A stretch of DNA of 64,000 bases from Hamiltosporidium tvaerminnensis FI-OER-3-3 (taxonomy: Eukaryota; Fungi; Microsporidia). Positions 11,736-23,641 of the stretch are shown piece after piece (the first letter of the stretch is position 1; the number at the start of each line of letters is the position of its first letter). Where the stretch lies: positions 868,001-932,000 of the forward strand of contig JAKIMF020000001.1 in NCBI GenBank assembly GCA_022605425.2. The letters are read 5' to 3'. The position numbers and the translations under genes are program-made. A model generated the notes under the pieces. The model was not told the DNA's origin and did no database searches. It saw only the letters and a list, made by a program, of their open reading frames with translations.

Positions 11736-11929
11736 AGGGTTTATAGTAAAAATAACAAAATAAAAATAAATTTTTATTCAGTGTTTAATTATGGAATGAA
11801 ATTTTGAAAGAAAAAATTGGAATTTAAATAAAATTTTCATCTCTAAAATGACCTTTTTATAACACATAGTAATATATTTTATAATTGAAAGAAAACTAGT
11901 AAAATAATTATGTAATAAACCAATTCAAA

Positions 11930-14900
11930 TTTATATTTAATAAAATTCTGAGTTAAAATATTTTTTACTATTTTTATATATTTTCTTCTACTTCTTTAAC
12001 CACTACCGCTTCTTCTTCCAAATTCGACTCTTCATTTATATTTATTGTCGGTTCTCTAATGTGGTTCCTCTTTCTGAAATATGGGGGGGGATTTTTTTAA
12101 AAATTTTACGCCATCTTCATCTCTCTTCGCTTCTTTTAAAGGGTGTTGGTTCCTCGTGCATCTCTGATCTCATAATAACACCCATTGACGCTCTCTCCCA
12201 GCTCTCTTCGGCATTTAGTCCTGACTCAAGTCCTCTTCGTCGATCAAAGGAAATTGTTTCGACTGTCTTCTTAAGTACTATAGACTGAATGTATGCCTCT
12301 ACATTCATAGGTATTTCTAGTCTTTTAAGATGAGATTTGTGGTATTTTGTCACAATCCGTCCCAGGTCATCACATAAGGGATTATCTAAAAACTACACTT
12401 ATAAATAAGACCCAACTCATTGGCTAGCAGGTCATACTTCCTAAGTTTTTCAGGTTCAACTATTTGAAGTGAATCTTGGGAAGTGATTCCTACTTCAAAG
12501 AGTGTTATCTTATTCTTCTTCTTATATAAAAACAATATCTCGGGTCTGTTCTTCCGAATTTTAACATCAGTTTTTATTCCGGTGCCCACTCTTATCTCCG
12601 CATACTCCTTATCAAGAATTTCTTAAACTGAGTGACTACTTATTCGTTTGAGGACTTAAACTTATATCTATTTAGCAGAAGTAAGTGAAGGCATCTAACC
12701 ACTTCATTATGCTGGCTGGTGTAGTCATGGCCTAGCATTTTTTCACATCGAGTTGCTAGATGATCTACAGTCTTACCAGACTTCCCGCAGTGTTGACACA
12801 TACCATCTGCACCCGAACACATTTTTATCCTGGATATAGCAGAACACAGCTTCATTGCGTGGCCTAATATTCCCTCTCTTTAACCATCTTGAAGAGTCAC
12901 TAACACTCACAAGCTCATTTTTTCTTGCATTATATAACTTTGAATGAAGTTTTCGTTTTTCTATTTCGTTATATAGTATTACAAGTTGAGCTTCTTCTAA
13001 ACTTTTCTTAGTGACTTCTTCTACCAACCTGAGCTTATCTTTTAAGAAGCCTTTTATTAGTGCAAGATGGGTTTTATTATTATTCTCCACCTTGAGGATC
13101 GCTGCTCGTCTAGTTGATATTTCTTTACTTTTTTCCAGACAATCCAAGAGTTGCAGAAGCATATGTTCGCTTCGCAACTCAACTGTATGTAGGCCTCTTC
13201 CAAGTTCTGTTCTAGGAAGGTACAAACGCTCTTTACATCCTGGGCGAAGATGTACCTTATTCTTACCCAAAACCACACACACTGCATCATCTAACTTAGA
13301 GAAGTCAGCCGGTTCAAGTCGAAGTACTCCTATGTGATAGTTTATTAACATTATCGCATGTTGATTGATTGCAGAAAATAAATTTTTTGCGTTTAATCTA
13401 GTGTGACAAAGTCTTTCAACTCTTGATATAAGTTTGCTCTGTACTTCTTCAAATGAGCTACGTGTTGGGATTCCTCTGCTATCTTCGATTATTCCTAAAT
13501 ATTTGTAAACACTAACACCTTCTAGAAGAGTAGCAGTATCTTCACAACACGTATCATTTGTGGCTGACTTCTCTTTGTTAATCTCTAAGCCAATCACCTC
13601 TAAAAATTTCTTTGCCTCGCCTGTCATAGCACTCAATGTGGAGCTGTCTTTTGCAAGGAGCTTAAGATCATTAATAAACGAGAGATGATTAGTAGAATCT
13701 GATTCTGCATCTGTTTGTACTGTCACTTTTGTGTATTTTTCATTAAGCTTTCGGCTTAATGGATCCATACACAACACAAATAACAAAGGTGACAAACTAT
13801 CTCCTTGTAGAATCCCTCTATCAATCTTCTTGCTCATGATTTTTTCAGGCCCTACTGATATATCAATTTTCCATTTTGATATAATTACCTTAATAAATTT
13901 CAGGATCCAATCTGGTAAATTAAGGTTTTCAATGCATTGAGTTAAATAAGCATGATATATTGAATCATAAGCTTTTTTAACATCAATCCATGTTGCCTTA
14001 AGATTGTTTCCGTACTCTTTATTCAGCGCAATGTTCAGTAGAGCCTGCTCTTTCGCTCCCTGCACACCTCTTACCGCCCCTAATTGGTTCTCTGCAAGCA
14101 ACCCTCGCCTTTCCACTTCAAGTTGAACGACCTTTGTTACACACTTTGTCGTTAACTTGTAGAGGTTGGACATACAAGTGATTGGCCTGTAGTCAGAGCC
14201 TCTTCGTGGAATTCCTTTCGGTATCAAATACGTAAGCCCGCAGTAAAACCAATCAGCTTGAGGTGTTCCTTCTAAACATATAACTTTCACAATATCATAA
14301 ATATATTTGTGAAGAGTTGTGAGTTTCTTAATGAAAAAATTGTAAATACCATCAATTCCAGCAGCTTTCCAATTGGGAAGCCAATTAATGATATTTACAA
14401 ATTCATCAAATTAAGGAAACGTGGTTGGATGATTATCTGATACAAATGGAATCAAATAATCATCATACGTGACTGTCTCATCATTTTTGTTCCACATTGT
14501 AGACCAAAAACTCACAATTTCATCACGACTAACCACATGCCTCGATTCCACACGCTCAGATAACCCACGATAAAATCGACCTCTGAAAAACTCAAACATA
14601 CGATTATCTTTTCGGAATTGCTTCCTACTTTCATGCATCGTCATTTTTTTCTCGTAAACGTTCAAAGACTCATTCTTCTTAACTAATGCCCCAGAAAGAT
14701 CAGTTACGCTGCTCAAGTTTAAATTAAACTCTCGCATTATTTTCTTAAGGCTCTTTGTTTCCGAAGTGGAGAGCTTTTCTGCTTACGAGCCTTCTCGAGA
14801 AGATCTTTGGAAAGTACTAACGTTAGAAATTTTACTTGTTATGTTTTCATTTCAAACGTATCTAGGCTTTTATTGCATGTTGCCTCGTCATAGCATACCT

Positions 14901-15712
14901 GGGCTGCCTGTATTATCCGTGCCACTGCAGTTATCGTCATCGGCACACAAGAATCAGCATACTCACCGATAATTCGATTAATAAGGTCAAAAACTTTACT
15001 GTCAACCAATTCATTTAGAAGCTTTCGAGTTCGGACCACCACTTTTCCAATTTCCTTCTCCGAGATTTCTTTGATTTTACTCAAAAATTTAACTCTCAGG
15101 TTTATGTACTCCGTGGTGTCAGTCAGGGTGCATGGCTCGGTGAGACAAGTGGCGATTCTACGTCGCTCTCCATTCTCTTCTTGCCTTATTTCCCTTTCTG
15201 CCTCATTTTGTGCGAGTTTTCCAAACGCATCGATATCTAATGTGTAGCCGAATTTCTCATTATAGTACCTCAGAGTTGCAGGCCAACCATTTCTGGGCAT
15301 TCTCTCAAACCTTTTTTGCACTGCTAGAATAGCAGATCTAGGCCATTCCAGCTCTAAGGCTGTAACAGAGTCAAGTATTAAGTGCAATACCATCAGTCGA
15401 TTTCCTTCTGTAATGGCATCTGTATTGATTTTTGTTATGCTGTTGGCTGGTCCACACGCAGTGGCATCGGTACCAGAAGACGAGGGTATGGTGTCAACAA
15501 AGCAGACTGGACTAGTCTGGTAACTATTGCTTGGTGCTTGGTGGGTGGTGTCATGAAAGGTCGGTGGAAATGGAAGTCTCTCGGATAACATTGCTACATC
15601 TGCATCACACATTAAAATTTCTACTCCGCCGTTCTCCAGCTTGTTTACAGCCTCTGTTTTTTTATTTCTCGTATTTTCGCTGTCTACTTTTTACCTTCTA
15701 CCTATCCCATTT
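11930..15712 (-). mobile_element. R4/Dong-like RLE retrotransposon, near full-length decayed copy 2
   Basis: ORF pieces 14839..15612, 14411..14737, 12773..14290, 12640..12855, 12386..12589 and 12117..12353 are collinear with copy 1. Catalytic FIDD is mutated to FIND. Degenerate TSD-like aataaac..tt..aaattt at ~11914 and ~15715. Confidence 0.93.
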
Positions 15713-15760
15713 CAAATAAACTGGTTATAAATTTTTAAATTATTTTGTTTTCTTATAAAT

Positions 15761-16487
15761 AGTGGAGGGAGGATAACCACATAAAAAACTTTCTGCTTGT
15801 CAATGAGTGTGTGAAAACTGTATGAGATCATTGTTTGGATTTTTGGTGGGAATAAAACCACACTACATCTTCGGTTGTTCCATGGGAGTTGTTATGACGA
15901 GGAGAGGTCTAAGAAATGGAGAAACTTTTTCTACAAATTTATTTGTAGTTTTTTATGTAACCAGATTGCAGACCGCAGCTGAACATGTAGGTAATTGCCA
16001 TGTAAAAACATGGAAACCTAGCCTTGCTCTATCGGGTTAAAAGACTTAGCGCCTGGGAGATATAAAAATAAAACCCATTAAAAGCCGGGAGAGCTAAGTA
16101 GCAGGTTATACCTGTTGGTATGACATTGCACTGTCTAGGTGGACCCCATGTAAGTCTCTGAAATATATCTTAGCTAGAAGTTTATTGGGTTCAGAAAGTG
16201 TAGAGTAAGTGGGAATGCTACATAGTCTTGGGGGAGCCCGGGGGGGCTTCGGCCTTCGATCACACTCCATGCAACGGACATTAACGAACTCCGGGCAACT
16301 GCCTCGCCTATTAATTAGCTTCTACACACCTGGTAGATGAAAGGCTTTGGGACGTAGGTATCGCAGGGGTTACCGATGGAGTGTCGGGGTAGCAGTTATT
16401 TATGTTAAACCTAGAACTGCGTTAATGTCATAAAAACAAATATAACACTTGCCACTATTTTAAAAAGATGTGATACTTTTAAATAAA
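15761..16487 (+). mobile_element. ~730-nt structured non-coding dispersed element, copy A
   Basis: Nearly identical to 47018-47743 and 63533-64000. Starts AGTGGAGGGAGGATAACCAC and ends TTTTAAATAAA. Multiple stems including GGGGGC-UUCG-GCCUUC at 16242-16257. Confidence 0.85.
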
Positions 16488-19400
16488 TATGTAAAAACCA
16501 ATCTATCTCCAAAATTGTTATAATCTTAAAAATAAATGAGTATATAAAAAAAAGATATAAATGTATAAAGTATTTAATTCAAAGTATAATTTCATTGTTG
16601 CCATTAATATCAATCTTTTATGAATCAAACGAACGTCACTGGCAAATAAGTTTACTATCTAACTATGCAATTTTTACTTTTTATTGTTATTATACGTATT
16701 AGCCTATTCTAATCATAATGTTTCATATTAAATATTCAAACAAGTACAAATTAGTTTCAAAAAGTTTATTTTTAAGATACTTCTTCTGGTTTAGTGTTGA
16801 ATTTTATGAAAAAAAAACAAGAACATAAAGAATAGAATTATATATTTACATGTAAAACACCGGTAAAAGGAAAATATGAAAGTCATTTGAATCACTGTAA
16901 AACCAAGATTATCGTTTAGTCATTGAATAATCATTTAAATACCAAAAAGCATTGTATATTTTATAGAAAAATCTATAAAGCAGAAAATACAAAGTAAAAT
17001 TTTTTTGAATATTTCTCCTAAATAATGTTTCCCGATATAGAAGTTCTTTTAGATAAGCTTGATATAAATGGAAAAGTGAAGTATTAGAAATCTGTAGAAA
17101 ATATGTATTTTGTAATTTTTTTAAGTATAAACATATCTGATTTAATATTACATTACACGTATTTTTTTATTAAGATTTTTTTCAAAGTATAGTCAGAATA
17201 TTTTGTAATAAGAATATTACAACATGCGCATCCTCACCTGTTGTATATTTAAATAAGAACTATATGAAAATGTATATCAAAACTTAATGAGAATAAATAT
17301 TAAAACGTAAGATTCAACAAACATCTGCTGAGAGATTTTTTAAGAAGTGTTACGAGAAATGAGAAAAAAAGATATTCTACACTAAAAGTTTAAGAAAAAT
17401 ACAAATTTATATTTTTATCGAAATACAATGAATATTATTAAAGAATTAATGTATAAAAAAGAGTTTGTAATTATTTGGGTCAAAAATGCACAATATTAAA
17501 AAACTAGGAATAGTAACAGATGTTTCAAGAAAAATCAACCAAGCTTTTAAGTTTATGTTTAAAAGTTGCATAGAACAATATTCTAAATTATTTTCTTGTA
17601 TACGACTTTTTTAAATATGAATGATTTTTAAATAACTTTTAAAATTCAAAAATAGTTCTTTTCTGATTTTCAAATAAAGACTGTTGAACTTATTTTATAT
17701 TTATTTCGTTTTTAAAAATAGAATACATCAAAAAAATATTTATAATATTGCATATTCTGTTTTCATAAAAAAACCTCCTTTGAAATTGTCAAATTCGTAG
17801 CTTCATGTGTGATTTTGAATAAATCTTTTAGAAATAAGTTGAAAAACACATCATTATATACAAACACACAATATTTAACTACACCGAATAAAAAAAATGC
17901 CTGTTAAAATCAAAAATAAAAACTTGTTTGAGAATTTATGAAGAGCTAAAAGTGTACACAACACGACTATCATGTAATTTGTTCGAAGAAAATTTCATAT
18001 GAGGTTTAAAAAACCCTCAAAATGTATAAGTGAACAGTAATCTGATGTATAATCATTATTTTTATAATATCTATGTTTTAATTCTAAACAAGAAGAGAGA
18101 TAAAGATGAATTTTTTTAAATCGATAAATGTGTAAACCTAATACAAAATACTCATAATTTAAATACAATCAATTGATTCTTTCAAACATTAAATGCCTAG
18201 GCATAAGTTGCAGTGAGAAATAAAATTTCGACAACAATTTGATTTTCGTTGAACAGAAACGTTTTTTCGCTAACTTACAACAGTAGAAGAATACAATTAT
18301 TTATATTAAATACAGAAACATACAATAATCAAAAACAAGTGATTTTAAACTTAAATAGAATAATTTTAAAATCTCATTTATCATACATTTAGGGTATATT
18401 TATTAAATGAAATTCATTTAGGATTCAGTATATCGTTTGAAATGCAATAGATATTTTTTTAAAAAATGGTTTGTTAAATATCTACAAATTTCCTTATGTT
18501 TTTTATAAACATTAACTAAACGAAGCGCAAAGTATATGTGTTTATTAGCTTACCATTGTTTCTTTGGTATTAACTATGATACAATCCGCTTAAAATATAT
18601 TGGTTTTTTTAAAACAAATAATCTATAAACCTATAAATTAAATTGCTTTAAATAGAGGCTAGCTATGATATGATCATGAGAGAAAATATTCTTTTGAAGC
18701 ATAAAATTATAGTTACAAAACAGTAGAATTTAGGTTGAAGCTTTTATAAGTACCAATATTCTATTGTCTTTTTACAATATATCACTAAAGAATTTGAGAT
18801 AAAATGATCACTGTGTACTTATAGTCCAAATACTACATAGTATATTGTATCATTAGTATACAATTACAAATATAAAATTAATAATTGAATATTATTTCAA
18901 TTATAACAACAATGAAAATCAAACCCAAAGAAGCATTGCGAAATTCTGTAAAATTCACAAAATTTTAAGAAAAAAATTTAACTATTCTATTCACATTATT
19001 ATATCCAGGAACAACTGAAAGAGCTTGGATTTGAATTAGATTCAATATATAAAAAACAAAATAAATAATCATAATTCTAATTTTTACTTAAACTATAAAT
19101 ATCGGTTGATACTTTGGTTTATCGAAATAAAATATTCGTTGCACGACTACAAGAGGATAAATCATTTATTCTCAGGTCTTATAATAAGTATATTTTAAAA
19201 TAAACAGATCTAAAAGATTTCGATTTTTGCTGACTTTTTAAATAGGTTATTGATTTTTGAAATATTATCAAAACTGATTTATTCCTAATCCAGTCAGAAA
19301 TTATTCTAACTCAATTTATGTAATATTTAACAAAGCATTGAATTAATTAAAAGAAACATGATTATTATTGTTAAAAATAATTAAACATGAATTAGTTGAA

Positions 19401-20247
19401 CTTTAACAAATATATTTGGTCTAAATAGATATTATTTGAAAAAAATAAATTTTAATATTCTATAGAAACCAGTAAGATATTATATCGAATAAGATTGCAA
19501 TATATTTTATTTTATTTGATTGGTCGGCACAAATATTGAGTAATACAAGCAGTACTAATATACAAGCAAATATAATATTTTGCGAAAATTTTATTTTAAA
19601 ACACATTTCTTAAAATATTTTTTTTAGATTTTTTTAAATACGTAAGTGACTAATGTAAAGTCAAAAAATATAATATATGAGTATAGCAGATATTGGAACC
19701 AATCACAGGCCGACTAGGACTTTCTAACAAACTTAAATATTCTTGTAAGTTTGAAAATATGTTGATGACTTTAAATCATAAAATCGCAATAAAATTCAAT
19801 TTATGAAATTAAAAGTACCAAATATATCTTAAGAGATGTAAATAAAGAAATATGTGAATGAAAATCAAATAAATAAATATTATGAAACCTAATTGGAAAA
19901 CAACAGATTTAAGTAAAATTTTTATATTTTGAATGGTAGGGAAATGTTTTGAATTAAGCATTTGACATCGTTTTTAGATTTTAGTGAAAATATTTATTTT
20001 CTGAAGAGACAAAAAAATAAGTCAATTATGTTTGAATTTAACTTAATCTCGGCAACCTTGGTATAGACTGAATGTAAAAGAGAAGTATTTGATCGTGATA
20101 GGTAGAAGTTGATAGTAAAATAACCTAGGTCTCTTTATAGGGCTGTAATGTCTATTGTATAGCTAAGAATACTCGAGCTAATTGCTTTATGAAATGGAAA
20201 TAAAATATAAATATTTTGAATTTTTTTTGATTTATTTAATAAGGCAT

Positions 20248-20975
20248 GGTGAATAGAGAATAGCCACATAAAAAACCATCTGCTTAGCAATTAGTGAATG
20301 AAACTGGTGTGAGGATCATTGATTGGATTTTTGGTGGGAATAAAGCAACACTAAATTTTCGATTGTTTCATGGAAGTTTGTTTAAAGAGGAGAAGATCGA
20401 CGAAATGACGAAACTTTTTCTAAAAATTCATTTGTAGTTTTTTATGTAACTAGATTGCAGACAGCAGTTGAAAATATAGGTAATTTCCATGTAAAAGCAT
20501 GGAAACCTAGCCTTGCTCACTCGAGTTGGATGACTCGGAGCCTGTGATATATAAAAATAAAACACATTTAAAGCTGAGAAATCTAAGTAGCAGGTTATAC
20601 TTGTTGGTAGGCCATTGTGCTGTTTGTTGTTCCAATTATGTCTCTGAAATACATCTAAGCTAGAAGTCAATTAAGTTTAGAAAGTGTAGAGCAAGTGAAA
20701 ATGCTATATAGTCTTGGAAGAGCTCGGGCTAGGGGCTTTAGTATTAGATCACACACCATGCACGAACATTAACGAACTCTGGGCAAATGCCTCACTAAGT
20801 ATTAGGTTTTACAGACCTGGTAAATGCAAGGCTAAGAGATTTAGGTATCGCAGAGAGTACTTATGGAGTTTTAGGGGTAGCAGTCATTTATGTTAAACCT
20901 AGAACTGCATCGATATCATAAAAACAAATATAACACTTGTCACTTTTTATAAAAGATATGACACTTTACAATAAA
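20248..20975 (+). mobile_element. ~730-nt element, diverged copy B
   Basis: Collinear with copy A over the full length (e.g. tttccatgtaaaagcatggaaacctagccttgc, tatgttaaacctagaactgc, aaaacaaatataacacttg). Confidence 0.85.
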
Positions 20976-20979
20976 GTAA

Positions 20980-21945
20980 TTCTGGCTTCTTAGAAATTAT
21001 TAGACGTTAAGCTCCTTGAAACGAATTTTTTTTTAGATTCATGAGAAAAAAAATGCCAAAAATAATTTGGACCTCACTATCTGCGCCATAATTTTTCAAT
21101 CATTTAAATAAAGATTTCATATTCTTACCTAATCTTATTCTTTGTATTGTTTTTGGTCTTTCATATCACTTTTTAGTAGTCTTCAGTAATTTCTCAATAA
21201 AAATTTGAGATATTTTTTACTTAGCATATCATTCTTCTACTATTTCATTTACTTTCAATTTTTTAGAGCTCCAGCTCGGCATTTTATGTTTCTTCTTTTC
21301 ATCTTCCACCTATTTTCATTCAATTCTTTGCTTTTCTCGAAAAAATTTATTATTGTGAAGTGTTTTATTTATCCGAAACAAATACTCTTTTTAAGGATAT
21401 GCTGTATTATTCAATTTATTATTTGTATAAATTCTTAGTCATTTTTGATAAAAATCTTTTGATTTAATCAAGTATAAAGTTCCATGAAGATATTCAAGCA
21501 ATATTTGTTTTTTGCAATTATTATTGAGAAGATAAATAAATTTAATGGAACAATGGTAGAAAGCATCAATCTTATCATACAATTTTTTATGCAACCGTAA
21601 ACTGCTTTAAAAAACTCAAGCAAGTGATATAATTTTTTTATAATAAAAGCGTTTGAAAAATTAAAAAAACAAATTTATCATGTTATTCTTAATAAATACA
21701 AAATCAGAGAAACAATTTTAACAATGTTTATTTCAAATATTTTTTAACCAATTGAATCTTTTAATTGTTTTATGTTCACTTCTATTCACTATTATTAGTT
21801 CTGTAATATTTGTGAACAAATAGAAAGAGATATATCTTAATTAGAGCACTCTTATTAGTATATTATATTCTTTTAATCAATTAAACATTCCGAGATGAGT
21901 CGTTTTAGTCGTCGTCGTCGGGACATTACTGAATTTTACAAATGA
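20980..21945 (-). repeat. ~970-bp dispersed repeat (family U), probable TE fragment with decayed ORF
   Basis: Collinear with 43345-44320 (ttccacctattttcat, tgcttttctcgaaaaaatttattattgt, tcttttgatttaatcaagtataaa, ggtagaaagcatcaatc, gcactcttat, cgagatgagtc). Both copies share a sharp right boundary ...ttactgaatt..aaatga. Confidence 0.75.
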
Positions 21946-21952
21946 TATTTTA

Positions 21953-22090
21953 AGGAACACTATTAGAGGAACAGACAATACACATAACTGAAGAGTCATG
22001 ATTTAGAAGAAGAAAAGATGGTAGTGAAAGAGGTAGAAAGAAATATATAAAAGTCTAAGAATAGTTTTAACCCAGAAATTTATTAAACAA
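21953..22090 (+). mobile_element. Short 3'-terminal fragment of the RLE retrotransposon
   Basis: ttagaggaac..gaagagtc..gaagaag..aaagaggtagaa..ttttaacccagaaatttattaaa matches 9478-9603. Confidence 0.8.
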
Positions 22091-23362
22091 TTATTTTTAT
22101 TTTTATAGTTTTAAAACCATTGTATTGTCTCTGATATAATGAAAATATAAGTTATTTGGGTCCGAAATTATTTTGTTATAAATTTCAAACACTTAGGTTT
22201 AAACAATTAAAAAGTGATAAGAAACCAAGAAAGTTATTTTATTCGTACTTTCTTTGGTAAAATGAAATTATTAATCAAATCTGAACAAATAATTTGATAA
22301 AATTTACATCACAATATATATTGATCAGAATTTTTAGTAATTTAACCAAAATTGGTGGCCACACTACAATTTAAAATATAAAAAATAAAATCCATTCAAT
22401 GCTGATTTATACGATACGGGTATGTTTTATTCTATGCTTTCGACAATCTATTTTTATGACATTTTATAGTTAATTTTGGTCACTTAATACATACTTTTTA
22501 AAACGATAATATTGGATTGGTTTAATAAAACTTCAATTTAAGTATGCGCTAAATAGAAGTATAGGTCTTTCTGCATTTTCGCAACGTTTTGAGTTCAATA
22601 TGCTGTTTCCCAGCTCCAATTAGCATTTTCTACTTGTTTGAATCTTATTTCTCGGTCAAAAGCAAGGGGTTCGAATGTTTTTTTGTGACCTATCTACTAA
22701 AAATATACCTCTATTATTAGGAGATTTAGAGCTCATTTGAGTATATTTTGTGAGCTTTGTTATATCTACACCCCGAGTTAATAGATATAAGGTTATTTTA
22801 ACAAATAATTTATAAACAAGACCAATCTATTGGCTAATAGGTTGTAATTCCTCAGCTTCCGTTTCGAAAACTTGAAGCAAATCTCTTGAACTAGTTCCAA
22901 TTTCAATTACTATTATCTGATTAGATTTCTTACTTACGTAATTAGTTATTTAACTATTGGATTTCTTCCATTTGAAACCTGTATTATCATTTTATGGGAA
23001 ATCCTAAATTATTTACAATAGCAATAATTTTTTATACTCTGATCGAGTTTAATTACGACCAGAATATTATATACGGTTTCATTATAAATTATCAAATATT
23101 AAAAAAAGCATTTTACTTAAAAATTCAACATTATTTTTTCTCATAATATACTACAATATAACACTTATATGATTTTTTGGTTAAATTAGAATTTCTATCG
23201 TTTTTTTTTATTTCTCATTTCATAAATTTATTTTTTAAGATATATTCTTAGATATTTATTTGAGTTACTTTAAAAATATTTAAATTAGAATTCCTTTTCA
23301 CATCCATGTAGAAATAATTCTATTTAAATTTTTTATATTTATTTTCTATATACAGACCAACC

Positions 23363-23595
23363 AATTGAATCTTATAAGTTTTGATTTAAAATAGAAATAC
23401 ATTTACAAGCTTCTTCTTTCTATATATTATTTCTTTGAAATTGAATCTTATAAGTTTTGATTTAAAATAGAAATACATTTACAAGCTTCTTCTTTCTATA
23501 TATTATTTCTTTGAAATTGAATCTTATAAGTTTTGATTTAAAATAGAAATACATTTACAAGTTTCTCCTTTCTATATATTATTTCTTTGAAATTA
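23363..23595. repeat. Tandem repeat, 76-bp unit x3, immediately upstream of RER1
   Basis: ttgaatcttataagttttgatttaaaatagaaatacatttacaag... recurs at 23365, 23441 and 23517. Confidence 0.95.
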
Positions 23596-23641
23596 AATTT
23601 TTATTTATATTTTTGGAGTAATAAAAACAAAGAGCCCTTCA

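Noticed and set aside
15807-16040. Recurring 77-80 aa ORF (..SLFGFLVGIKPHYIFGCSMG..) at 15807, 47054 and 63579
   Set aside because: Starts at GTG/TTG, has no known motif and is broken in copies B, C and E. The recurrence simply reflects near-identity of the young repeat copies.
16500-20200. Long ORF-free AT-rich stretch as a functional non-coding domain
   Set aside because: No repeats or structure recognised; most simply explained as decayed TE sequence.
21205-21438. Short F/I/K-rich ORFs throughout the window (e.g. 21205, 28147, 46566, 51244, 51638)
   Set aside because: Composition expected from AT-rich non-coding or antisense DNA. Many start at TTG, and they have no CCC motif or recognisable homology.
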